Assembly (NCBI GenBank): GCA_965240325.2
Contig: OZ251230.1
Coordinates: forward strand, 434,001-498,000
Length of the DNA: 64,000 bases
DNA from: Rebecca billardiae RCC1528
Taxonomy: Eukaryota; Protista; Haptophyta
Direction: 5' to 3'
The notes beneath the pieces were generated by a model. It searched no databases. It saw only the letters and a program-made list of their open reading frames with translations, and was not told where the DNA came from. How positions within the stretch are numbered: position 1 is the first letter of the stretch; the number at the start of each line of letters is the position of its first letter. The position numbers were made by a program, and so were the translations under genes. Positions 1 through 10,800 of this stretch are shown here, piece after piece.

Positions 1-102
<102 letters not shown>

Positions 103-497
103 CGGAATAAGTCGTACGGCCAGTACTCGGCACTGCACCGTCACCGTGCGCGCTGCTAGACGTACAGCTGCTACTCCCTGCTACGGAGTACGGTGCTGCG
201 CTGGCCGGGGCCGGCGGACTCCCACGCGGTCCGCACCGTCCGTCCGTCGTCATCAGGTTATTTATATATAAATTATAATCGGTATTAGTACACGGTCACA
301 CGTACTATACTGAGTGTCGTCTGTAGTGTCTAAGTGTGACTCGTCACATGACACATGACGCCGATGACGCGGTCTGAGCATGATGGTCCGCAAGGACAGT
401 GCCGAGTGGGCGGCACAGGCGCACACGGCATAGCGTGGTGGGCACAGTCTCAGTAAGTAGTACGTGAGTAGTAGTACCTAGTATTGATGAACAATAG

Positions 498-3400
498 TCA
501 GTACGTCGTGGGCGCGGGGAGGACGACCGTGGGCACGGCCTCGCCCGCGAGGGCGGTCCGCGCGTCGGCCTCGGCGCGCGCGGCCGCCTCCGCGAGGATG
601 GTCTCCTCCACCTGGAAGCCCACCCTGTCCCAGACGGCGCCCAGCTCGGCGGGCAGCCACACCTGCTTGCGCGTGAACGCGTCCGCGCCCAGGTACGCGG
701 CGCGCAGCAGCTCGAGGTCCTGCGGCTCGCACGAGTGGCGGACGAGGGCGATCGCGAGCGGCAGCGCGGTCGCGGGCGCGACCGCGCCGACCACGCGGCG
801 CATCACCGGCCACGCGCCGTCCGCCCGGCCGCTCAGCTCGGGCACGCGCGCGAGCTCCTCCGGCGTGAGCGTGCGCGCGAACGACGCGTCATCTGAGAGC
901 AGCGCGTACCCGAACGCGGGCACGGCGTGCTGCGGCGCGGCGCGGACGAGTAGCCTGCGCGCGCGCGCGTGCACGCCGAGCTCGCGCACCTCGGCCGCGC
1001 CCAGCGCGCACGCGCCGAGCGTGAGGTCGGCGCGCAGCGCCTCGAGCGAGCTCGCCTCACCCGTCGCCTCCCACGCGGCGCGCAGCATCGCCACCCACAG
1101 CCGGCGGTCGGCCGGCTCGAGCGCGGCGCCGGCGGCGCCGGCGGATTCGGCGCGCGTGCGCCGGGGCAGGCGCGCGCGCACGAGCTCGCGCGCGCCCGCG
1201 TGCGCGAGCAGCCGCCAGCGCTGCAGCTCGGCGAGCGCGCGCGCCCACAGCGCGTGCCGCTCGCGCGCGTACTGCTCCGTCTCGAGCACGGACAGCGCGG
1301 CGCCGAGCAGCTCGGCAGGGTCAGCGGGCTCGCGCGCGCAGCCGTCGGCGAGCGCGAGGCTCGACGCGCCCACCTCCGCCTCGGCCGCGTCGCCGTCGAA
1401 GAGTACGCGGTACGCGGCGCGCGCGAAGTCGTACCCGTCCGCCTGGCCGCACCGCGCGCCGTGCGCCGCGCTCGGCCCCGCCTCCGCACCGCGCAGCGCG
1501 ACGCGCTCGCCGAGCATCGGCGCGGCGTTGCGCGCCACGCGCTCGACCACCCAGCCGGCCGCCTCGACCCACTGCTGTGGCCGCATGTGCTCGCACAGCG
1601 CGCCGAGCTCGGGCGCGGTGAGCACGCGGACCACCGAGAGCAGCGCGCTGTCCGGCGCGTGGCGCTGCTGCGCGAGCACACCGAGGACGTACCCCGGGAC
1701 CGAGGCGGGCGGCGCGCACGCGCCGAAGAGGCGCAGCAGCCGAGGGTCGCGCACGCGCGGCGGCGCGGCGGGTGCGCGCGGCTGCGCGCCGCCCGCGGCG
1801 CCGGCGGCGGCGGCGCCGCCGCCCGCCTCCGCGCCGCCGGGCTCGCCGCGCAGGTAGCGCTCGAGGAAGCGCTCGGCGAACTCGGCGCCGAGCGCGCGCG
1901 GGTACGTGTGCGGCGGCGCCCCCCTCGGGTTCGCCTCCGCCACCAGCCCGAGCAGCCCCTCCCAGCCTCGGCCGTCGAGCGCGCTCAGGTGTGCGCGCAC
2001 GAGCGGCGCGGCCGCGGGCGCGAGCGCGGACACCGAGAGCGCGAAGAGCGTCTGCAGCGGCAGCGAGCCGGGCGGCCTCCCCTCGAGCACGTGCAGGTGC
2101 AGCGCGTCGCGCTCGGCGGGCGGGAGCCGGAGCATGGCGCGCAGCGCCGCCTCGACCACGGGCACGGGCAGCCGCGAGCGCGCAGCCTGCGGTGCGCTCG
2201 GCGCCGGCGCGCTCGCCCCGCCGCCGCCGCGCTCCGCCTCGCCGCCGCCGCCGCCGCCGACCACGTAGCGCACCGCCTTGGGCGCGTGCAGCGGGTCCGC
2301 CAGCCGCGCCTCGAAGAACGAGCCCAGCAGCGTCGCGTTGGTGCGGTCGAGCGCGGCGCCGAGCACCTCGCTGCCCGCGCACGCGCGCAGCAGCAGCAGC
2401 AGCTCGGCCGAGTGGAGCGCGTTGCCGCCCTGCACGCGCGCGCGCAGCGTGCTGAGCAGCCGGTGCATCGCCTTGGCGCGGCCGGAGTCGAGCCTCGCGC
2501 GCGCGCCGACGCCGTCGCCGTCCGCCCGCAGCGCCTCCGCCTGCCCCTCGTCCTCGAGCAGCGCGAGCGCGCGGCCCAGCTGCCCCTCGATCGGTCCGCG
2601 ACACAGCGGAGCATACGCCACCCACACGTGCACGCACGCGGGCTGCGCGCTCAGCAGCAGCTCCTGCGTGCGCGCGCGCAGGGAGGCGAAGCGCACCTCG
2701 GAGAGCGGCACGGCCACGCCCGCCGCGGCCGCCTGCGCGAGGTCGCGCGGCCGCGCCCGGCCCCAGTCCGCGCAGTGCCACAGCCGCGGCGGGATGGCGC
2801 GCAGGTCGGGCGCGACGCCGCGCAGCAGACGCCTCACGTCCGCGTCCGCGCCCGCCGCGCACAGCGCGGGCAGCACGCGGTACACGAGCGGCGGGAAGCG
2901 CTCCGCCAGCGCGAGGAGGCTGGGCACGTGCTCGGGCGCGTGCGCGTGCGCCGCCTCGCCCTCCGCCGGCCAGTGCTGCGCCACCACCGCCGCGCACTCC
3001 TCCGCCAGCAGCTCGGCCAACACGGGCGGCGGCGCGGTCTGCACGAGCTCGGCCACCGCACGCACCGCGCGCGGACCGAGCCGCGCCTCGAGCGCGCACG
3101 GGCGCACCATCGGCGCCGGCGGCGCGTGCTGCCGCGGCTCGAGCTCCGCGCCGCGATCGCAATCTGGCTCGTCGTCCGCCGCCTCGGCGTCGTATTCGGC
3201 GGCGGCGGCGGCGGCGGCGGCGGGCAGCGCGTCCGCTAGCGGCGCGTCGCGCAAGCCGGGCGGCGGGGCGCGCGGCTCGGCGCGCGGCGCGCGGTACAGC
3301 GCGCCCGACTCCCACGCCTCGGCGTCGACGCACTCGTCGCGCGCCGCGGCTGGCTCGGCGCCCGCCGGCGGCGCGCGCAGCCGCAGCGTGCGCGGCAGCG

Positions 3401-5594
3401 CCGCCAGCGCGCGCACCTTCGCCTCTGCGCCCGCCTCCGCGGCGAGGAGCGAGCACGCGAGCTCGGCGGCGGCACCGCGCAGCTCGCACCCGCCCGGCAG
3501 CTCGCCGGCGCCCGCCGCTTCGAGGAGCGCGCCGAGCTCTGGCAGCGACGCCGAGTGCGCCTCGAGCAGCGGCGCCAGCGCCTCCAGCGCGCGCGCGGCG
3601 CCCACCCGCCCCGCCTGCTGCGCGACGAGCAGCGCGGGCGCGGGCCACGCGTGCCGCAGGTGGCGCTCCACGAACGCGCGCTTGGTCGGGCCTGGGAGGT
3701 GGGGGCAGTGCGCGACGAAGCGCGCGTACGCCGAGGCGTCGGCCGTCGCCAGCGCGACGTCGAGCAGCCGCGTGCCGAACCTCGAGCACAGCGCCGCGAG
3801 CGCGCCGCGGTCCGACCACGGCACGCACAGCAGCGCACCCACGCGCGCGCTTAGCCGGCCATCGGCCCAGAGCGACCGGTCGAGGTCGTGCACCCACTCC
3901 TGGAGCAACGCCCAGTCCTCGCGCGTCTTGGCCTTGCCCATCGCGGGGCGCGCGTCCAGCGCGAGGCCCAGCTCGCGCGCGGGCTCGAGCGAGTCGTTCA
4001 CCAGGGCCGCGCTCGCGGCGCGCTCGAGCGTCGAGCGCACGACCAGCGCGGGCAGGGGCGCGGCCGCCGCGGCCGCGTCCGAGCGGCGCCGCCGGCACAG
4101 CTCGGCCGCGCCGTGCGCCGACGCAAACGCGAGTGGGTAGGCGCGCGCCAGGGCGGAGAGGACCGCCTCGCGCGTCTCGGCGGGCAGCGCCGAGCCCGCC
4201 GCGTCGAGCAGCCGCCCGACCTCGCGCGGCACCTCCGCCTCCGCCTCCGCCTCCGCCGAGGCAGCGGTGGGCGCGGCCGCGGCGATCGCGGGCAATGAGG
4301 CGACCACGAACGCCCACGAGTTGACGGCGCGCACCATCTGGGACCAGAGCGCGAGCGCGTCGGATGGCGCGCACAGCCGGCCCACCCAGCAGCGCAGCAG
4401 CGCGAGCACCGCCGCCGCCGGCTGCGCCTCCGCCAGCTGCTGCCGCGCCCACCCGCCGAACGCGGCGCGCGCGGCCGCGGACGGCGCCCAGCCCTCCGGC
4501 GCCATCCGCGCGTGCGTGAGCTCGACGAGGGAGAGGGAGCCCGCGCCGAGGGCGGCGCAGAGGAAGGCCTCGTACGCGCAGACGAGCTGGCTCCGCGGCT
4601 CGCGCCCGCGCAAAGCCGCGCCGCGCACGGGCACCCGCGCCTTCGCCGCCTCCCCCCACTCGGCGCCGCCACTGAACACGGCGCAGAGCGCGCGCACGGG
4701 CGCGCGCCGACGGCCGCGCGGCAGCCGGCCGAGCAGCGCGCACAGCGCGGGGCACGCGCGGTGCATGGCGTTGGTCGCGGCGCTGAGCGCGACGCAGCCC
4801 TCGATGAACGCGCCGAGGTGGCGCTCGTGCTGCTGCGTCAGCTCGCGCCCCTCCACGTGCGCGGCCACCGCCTCCGCAGCCGCGAGCAGCACGGAGGGCT
4901 GCGAGTGCGCGCCGCCGCCCGCCTCGCCCGCGAGCACGCGCTCGACTGCCCAGGCCGTGTCGACGCGCAGCGCGCCGGCGAAGAGGCCCGGGTGCGCCAC
5001 CAGCAGCGCCGGCGTGAGCAGCGCCCGCGCGCGCAGCTCGCGCACGAGCGGCCCCGTCTCGTCGTCCGTGTCCACGAACCCGCCCTCCAGCAGCGCCACC
5101 GTCTCCGCGTCGCTCCAGCCGAGCTCGCACGCGCGCGCGCTCGGGACGCGCGCGCGCCGCGCGGGCCGCGCGTGGGACCAGACGGGGCGGAGGCGCTGCA
5201 GCGCCGCGCTGCTGAGGCTCGCGCCCGCCGAGCTGCCCCAGTACCCGATCAGCCGGCCGTGCAGCCACGCGCGCCCCTTGGCGTCCAGCCGCGCCCAGAA
5301 CGCCGCGGCCGCCTCAAAGTCGGCGAGGGCCATCGGCACGTCGGGGTGCTCCTGCGCGAGGAGGAGCAGGTCGTTCGGCTCGATGCGGAAGCCCTTGCCG
5401 CGCAGGCTGCTCATCGTCGCGCTCAGCGCCATGCGCCGCACGCCGGCGAGCACGACGAGGAGGCGGCCGGCGCAGCCGTGGAAGGAGCGCGCGGTCTCGG
5501 CGAGCCACGCGTCCAGCTGCGCGTCGTCGCAGCTGCGCACGGCTTGCACGAGCTGGAGGGGTCGGTACTGCTTGCCAGGCACGGGGAGGCCCAT
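498..5594 (-). CDS. Large hypothetical protein (1698 aa), Ala/Leu-rich, probably alpha-helical, apparently intronless
   Basis: 5.1 kb ORF with protein-like composition, unlike the Arg/Ser-rich overlapping frames; no motif recognised. Confidence 0.75.
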   Translation of the reverse strand: MGLPVPGKQYRPLQLVQAVRSCDDAQLDAWLAETARSFHGCAGRLLVVLAGVRRMALSATMSSLRGKGFRIEPNDLLLLAQEHPDVPMALADFEAAAAFWARLDAKGRAWLHGRLIGYWGSSAGASLSSAALQRLRPVWSHARPARRARVPSARACELGWSDAETVALLEGGFVDTDDETGPLVRELRARALLTPALLVAHPGLFAGALRVDTAWAVERVLAGEAGGGAHSQPSVLLAAAEAVAAHVEGRELTQQHERHLGAFIEGCVALSAATNAMHRACPALCALLGRLPRGRRRAPVRALCAVFSGGAEWGEAAKARVPVRGAALRGREPRSQLVCAYEAFLCAALGAGSLSLVELTHARMAPEGWAPSAAARAAFGGWARQQLAEAQPAAAVLALLRCWVGRLCAPSDALALWSQMVRAVNSWAFVVASLPAIAAAAPTAASAEAEAEAEVPREVGRLLDAAGSALPAETREAVLSALARAYPLAFASAHGAAELCRRRRSDAAAAAAPLPALVVRSTLERAASAALVNDSLEPARELGLALDARPAMGKAKTREDWALLQEWVHDLDRSLWADGRLSARVGALLCVPWSDRGALAALCSRFGTRLLDVALATADASAYARFVAHCPHLPGPTKRAFVERHLRHAWPAPALLVAQQAGRVGAARALEALAPLLEAHSASLPELGALLEAAGAGELPGGCELRGAAAELACSLLAAEAGAEAKVRALAALPRTLRLRAPPAGAEPAAARDECVDAEAWESGALYRAPRAEPRAPPPGLRDAPLADALPAAAAAAAAEYDAEAADDEPDCDRGAELEPRQHAPPAPMVRPCALEARLGPRAVRAVAELVQTAPPPVLAELLAEECAAVVAQHWPAEGEAAHAHAPEHVPSLLALAERFPPLVYRVLPALCAAGADADVRRLLRGVAPDLRAIPPRLWHCADWGRARPRDLAQAAAAGVAVPLSEVRFASLRARTQELLLSAQPACVHVWVAYAPLCRGPIEGQLGRALALLEDEGQAEALRADGDGVGARARLDSGRAKAMHRLLSTLRARVQGGNALHSAELLLLLRACAGSEVLGAALDRTNATLLGSFFEARLADPLHAPKAVRYVVGGGGGGEAERGGGGASAPAPSAPQAARSRLPVPVVEAALRAMLRLPPAERDALHLHVLEGRPPGSLPLQTLFALSVSALAPAAAPLVRAHLSALDGRGWEGLLGLVAEANPRGAPPHTYPRALGAEFAERFLERYLRGEPGGAEAGGGAAAAGAAGGAQPRAPAAPPRVRDPRLLRLFGACAPPASVPGYVLGVLAQQRHAPDSALLSVVRVLTAPELGALCEHMRPQQWVEAAGWVVERVARNAAPMLGERVALRGAEAGPSAAHGARCGQADGYDFARAAYRVLFDGDAAEAEVGASSLALADGCAREPADPAELLGAALSVLETEQYARERHALWARALAELQRWRLLAHAGARELVRARLPRRTRAESAGAAGAALEPADRRLWVAMLRAAWEATGEASSLEALRADLTLGACALGAAEVRELGVHARARRLLVRAAPQHAVPAFGYALLSDDASFARTLTPEELARVPELSGRADGAWPVMRRVVGAVAPATALPLAIALVRHSCEPQDLELLRAAYLGADAFTRKQVWLPAELGAVWDRVGFQVEETILAEAAARAEADARTALAGEAVPTVVLPAPTTY

Positions 5595-6318
5595 CTCGAC
5601 GGTGCGGTGCCCGCGGTGGGCGAGAGGTGATGTACAGGACGCGGATGAGCCGAAAGTAGTCGGCGGCGGAAATCGCGCGACCGGTCGCGGGAGGCGGGAC
5701 CGGCCGCGGAAAAGTCAGCAGCTGCCGTACGCGTGCCTCCGCAGCCGAGCGAGCGCGGGGCGGGCGTTCTTGGCACTTCTTGCAATCTTGCTGCAATGGC
5801 CGCCTCGATGAGGTGCGGCAACGCGCCCTTCGTGGCGGTGTCTTTGTGCAGTGTTGGATGGCGTCGATCACGCCTAAACCAAGCGTGCACGTTAAATCAT
5901 AGTAAACTGTACCCAATTACCGCAAGCAGGGGAGACCGCAAGCGACCTGCATCACCAGGTCCACGCCCACCCACGGCCGGGCGGGCCAACCGTGAACCGC
6001 CTGAACCGGCGCATCGTCCATTCTCGGGTGGCGGAGGAAGGATCCTGCACACGCGTCAAGGCGAAGGCCAGAAGGACAGAAGGTCAAGCAAGCAGACCGC
6101 TTTACCGGCAGGGGCACGCAAGCCGGTGACAGTGCACGCTCCGCCGCGCGCCTCGCCCTCGGATTCTTTCCGGGAACTCCCCGAATCACCGTCCGCGGCG
6201 GAATCGGTCGATCGTAGTCTAACAGACTAAATCGACCAGCCGCTGCTTGCAGCCGGCTCAGACTCACAGGCGGTGAGAGTTTAGCTGAGTATAGCAAGAC
6301 TAGTAGTAACATCACATC

Positions 6319-7327
6319 TCATATCATCTCCGCCGTCGTCCCTCCGCCATTCTTCGTGGGACTGTCACCGCGGCCCATGTCGGCGCCAACGGCAACGCTG
6401 ACTGCACTGCTGGTGCCAGCGGCAGCGGCAGCGCTTGCGAGCAGAGCCCTTGTGGTGAGGCGTCCCGTCTCCGCATCCTCCGCAGCGTCGGCGGCGAGCG
6501 CGAGCTGCCGCGCTTTGCGCTGCTGAGCGAGCTGCTCGTTCACCCCGCCTGGCATGCCGTCCATGTCGAGCCGCGCCTCTGACCACTTGACGGCAAAGCG
6601 CGCTACGCCGATCCCGATGACGATCGCAAGGAACGTCCAGTTCGACTTGGCCTTCCCCTGCAGGTCGGTGAGCATGATGATTTTGGGCAGCCAGTTGATG
6701 CCGATGAGCACCGCCGACATGTAGAAGAGCATCGTCATCGCCATCGCGTGCATGCGCACCCAGCGCAGCCCGAACATGTACCAGAGCCCGAGCGCCTGCA
6801 GCGTGAGCTGCATCGTGCCGATCACCGTCATCAGCAGCTTCGGGGAGAGGCCGAGTTTGGACTCGCCGTCGAAGAGGTAGATGACGCCTGTCACGACAGA
6901 CACGAGGCCGCACACCATGGCGAGCCGCCCAACCCATTTGTGCGCTTGGCGGAAGAAATTCCCCTGACCGTTCGTCACGGCCACACCAGCGCGCGGGTCC
7001 GCGCGGGTGAGCGGATGATGTGGTGAGGCGCCGGATGCTACGCGCGCAGGTGCGCACGGCGCGCACTTGGTCGGGCGTGTGATACAGACACCACGCACAG
7101 CTGATCACAAACGTGAACGCCGTCGTCATGTGTGTGTCCATCGCCCACGAGCCCTTGCCCATGCGCGGGAAGCCGAGCCGGTAGATGAACACCACCACGA
7201 GCCCCACGCCCACCACCAATTGCGGCGAGAAGTTTCCGGCGAAGATCTTCAGGAATATCACGCACCAGTGCTCTGGCTCGTCAAGATCCACGACGACTGT
7301 TGCCTTCTTCGCGTACGCGCTCGACAT
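6319..7327 (-). CDS. Multi-pass membrane protein with conserved-looking His residues (DUF2306/cytochrome b561-like); exons 7327-7067 and 6963-6319
   Basis: GT-AG intron 7066-6964 joins ...HTPDQ to GNFFRQAHKWVGR... in frame; 5-6 hydrophobic helices; HKWVGR and MHAMAM motifs. Family call is tentative. Confidence 0.7.
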
Positions 7328-7865
7328 CGCGCCCGCGCGCCGCGGCCGAGGTCCTCCCCGTTCCTCCGTCCACTGCGCAAGCGCTGCTCAAGTTCCACCG
7401 TTCTTCGAGGTTGCCGGATGGATGATGATTGGCGAGTGCCGAGTGAAAGCCCGATATGAATACTTGTATTGGTGGCGGCTGGACTTCTCATCGATGATAC
7501 GGTTTGGACTGATGATTAGATAATTGCGACCAGCGTGCGTGCTGCCGTGCTCTGCCCGAAAGCGTCTACTTGAATTGCTAATAATGGTACTGGTGGATCG
7601 ATTTGTTCTCAGCTAGATACAGGCGCTGATGATTGGCGAACGAGACCGAACTACATTAATTAGCGGTCATAGCCAAGTGGTGGGTGTAAGTACAGTAAGC
7701 CAATGAGGAGGCGGCGAAGCGGGTATGCTCCTATGCGAACAATCTCATACTCACTATCATAGACAGGGTCCCGATCTCACTTTCGTCAACTATGAGTCTA
7801 TGACAATCACAATCCGAGGCCGCGAGCTTCGCAAGCAGCCGTCCAGCGCAGTGGCGGCCGACAAC

Positions 7866-10800
7866 ATGGCGAACCGAGTGGACCCCGGTGACGGGCTAGG
7901 CAAGGCCTCGGCCCGCGAGCCGCTCCTGAATAACGGTGGCGACAATGCCGTGGAGCGCGCGGCCGCGTCCGCGCACCGCGCGCTGCGGTGCTTCTCCGAC
8001 CTCCGGCGCGCGCGAGCCGCGGCGACGGCGAGCACGGCGCACGAGCACGCCCACCCCAGGACGTCCAAACGGATGAGCATCTTGCGCAGCGGCGACGCCC
8101 ACCGCCACCCTCACCGCAACAAGGCTAGCCTCCACGTCACCTGGCGCACCGTCCTCGCCGGCGACGAGACGACCGTCGAGGACGCGCGCGCGCAGCAGCT
8201 CGCGGAGGCAGACGACCGTGAGAGGCGGCAACGAAAAAAAAACCTGACCAAGCTGGCGCGGCTGCCGACGCTCACGATCGAGGAGCTGATGATCCCGCTG
8301 CGCCTCGCCTTCCCGTACCGGATCTCGCACTCGGTGATCGCCGCCTGCCTCGACATCATCGGCGATCTGTTCGAGCTCGGCTGGGTGATCAAGATTGTGC
8401 GCGAGCAGCCGAGTGCAAAGGAGCTGATGGCTCGCGAGCTGCAGCGCAAGCAGATGGCGGAGGAGGCGGCGGAGGGCGGCACCGCGTCCGACGGCGCCGC
8501 CGTCGCGGTGGCGGACATGAAGGAGGCGGACGATTCGGTGTACACGATCATGCACGGGCTGCGCGACGTCGGCACGATCGTCTCGCTGCACTTTGCGCGC
8601 GTGCTGTATGTGTTCTGGGACGACAGCACGCTGTGGACGCTCGTGCAGGTGGTGCGCTGCCTGCGCGTGGGCCAGCTCGTCTCGTACGTGTCGCAGATCA
8701 ACAACGACCTGACGATGAACGTGAAGCTGCTCGCGGCGTACAAGTTCCTCCTCGTGCTCATCTCGGTGCCGCACTGGATCGCGTGCTTCTGGTGGGCGCT
8801 GCCGGCGGAGTGGACGGAGCCCGCGCTCGAGCTGCCGTCGTGGCCGGCGCAGGTGCCGCTCGTCACACACAACCCGGAGCTTGCGCCGCACGCCGCGCCC
8901 TCGGAGTGGTACAGCTACCTGATGGCGCTATACATGGCGTGGATGGGCCTCACCAGCATGGGGTACGGCACGATCGTCATCGCCACGCAGCAGGAGGTGA
9001 TCTTCGCCGCGTTGGTCGCGATGATCCAGATGGTGTTCTACGCGTTCGTGCTCGGCACGCTCTTCCACTACCTCGTGCGCACCGACGAGAACACGGTGCA
9101 CTTCAACGAGCTGATGAAGGCGGTGGACGAGTACGTGAGCACGCGCAAGCTGCCGCCCGCGCTCGCGTCCAAGATCCGCTCGCACTACGCCTTCCAGCAC
9201 CGCAAGCAGGCGGCGGGCACGCAGCGCATCGTCGCGCAGATGCCGCTGTCGATGCGCACCGAGGTGGCGGTCGCGCAGTACGCGCGCCAGATGCACGCGA
9301 CCTGGGCGTTCTGGGGGTGCACTCCGCAGTTCCTCTCGCACGTCGCGCTCTTCCTGCGCGAGCGCAACATGATGCCGTCCGAGACCCTCTTCAAGCGCGG
9401 CGACGTGGGCGCCGAGCTGCTGTGGTGCGTGGGCGGCTCGCTGCACGTGACCAAGGGCGAGGCGCACATCCGCACGATCCGCTCGGACATCGGCGCGGGC
9501 GCGATCGTGGGCGAGGTCGCGTTCTTCGTGGGCATCCAGCAGCCGTACACGGTGACGGCGACCTCGAACGGCGAGGTCACCCTGATCGTGCTCTCGGTGA
9601 GCGCCTTTGACGAGATCATCGGCTCGTACCCAGAGCAGACGGACCAGATCACGCAGAACCTGCTGCGCAAGTACGGCCTCGACAAGAACGGCGCCGACGT
9701 GCCCGGCGGCGGCCTCGCCGAGCAGATGGACGAGGGCGAGCTGAAGGAGTTCCTCGAGCTGCGCGAGGCCATCCGCACTGCCATCATCGAGCGCAACGAG
9801 GAGATGTTCGCGCAGATGGCGGATGCGGTGCACTCGGGCGACGTCGAGACGGTGCGCTCGCTCACGGCGCGCGGCTTTGACCTGAGCTCGGGCTCGTACG
9901 ACCTGCGCACGCCGCTGCACCTCGCCGCGCTCGAGGGGCACCGGCTCGTCGCGAAGGTGCTGTGCGAGCTCGGCGCGGACGTGTCACAGCTCGACCGCTT
10001 CGGCCACGCGCCGCTCAACGACGCGCTCGACGCGCGGCACGGCGCGGTGGCGGACGAGCTCGGGCGGTACGGCGCGCAGCTGCGGTGCGTGCGGCCGGCG
10101 GAGAAGCTGCACGCGGCGGCAAAGGCGGGTGACATGGAGCTGATGACGATGGCGGTGCGCCACGGCATCGACATCAACGCGCGCTCGTACGACGGGCGCA
10201 CAGCGCTGCACGTCGCCGCGGCCGAGGGCAACTCGCGCGTCGCCGAGTTCCTCGTGACCAACATGGCGGACGTGCACGCGCGCGACCGCTGGGCGCACTC
10301 GCCGCTCGACGACGCGATCCAGCACAACCACCCGCTGCTCGCGCAGATGCTCGTGCGCTCCTCCGCCTCCTCCGACCCGGGCACGATGGCCGAGCTGCTG
10401 CGCCGCGCCGCGGGCGAGGGCGACGTCGAGCGCCTCGGCTTTGTGCTGCAGATGGGCTGCAAGGTGAACGAGGCCGACTACGACCGGCGCACCGCGCTGC
10501 ACTACGCGGTCGCGGCGGGCTCGGTCTCCGCGACGCACGCGCTCGTCGCCGCGCTCGCCGACGTCAACCTCGCCGACCGCTGGCTGCAGCCGCCGCTCGT
10601 GCAGGCGCTGGACACGTCGCCGCAGATCGCCGCGCTGCTCGCGCGCGCGTGCGGCGCCTCGCTGCCCGACAGCGCGAGCGGCGCGGAGCGCGCGCGGCTG
10701 CAGGGCGCGCTGGACGCGTGCGCCACCCTCGACATGTACGAGCTCAACAGGCGCATCTCCGCGCGCGCCGAGCAGCGCGCGGCCAACACGGAGCTGCTCC

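Noticed and set aside
484-5811. Many long overlapping ORFs (e.g. 969-3239, 1321-5268, 2278-4140) and equivalents across the window
   Set aside because: Arg/Ala/Ser-rich shadow frames caused by stop-codon scarcity at very high GC; no motifs.
5890-6300. Possible structured RNA (RNase P/MRP, SRP, telomerase) in the mixed-sequence spacer
   Set aside because: Diagnostic conserved motifs not found by eye; an Rfam scan would be needed.
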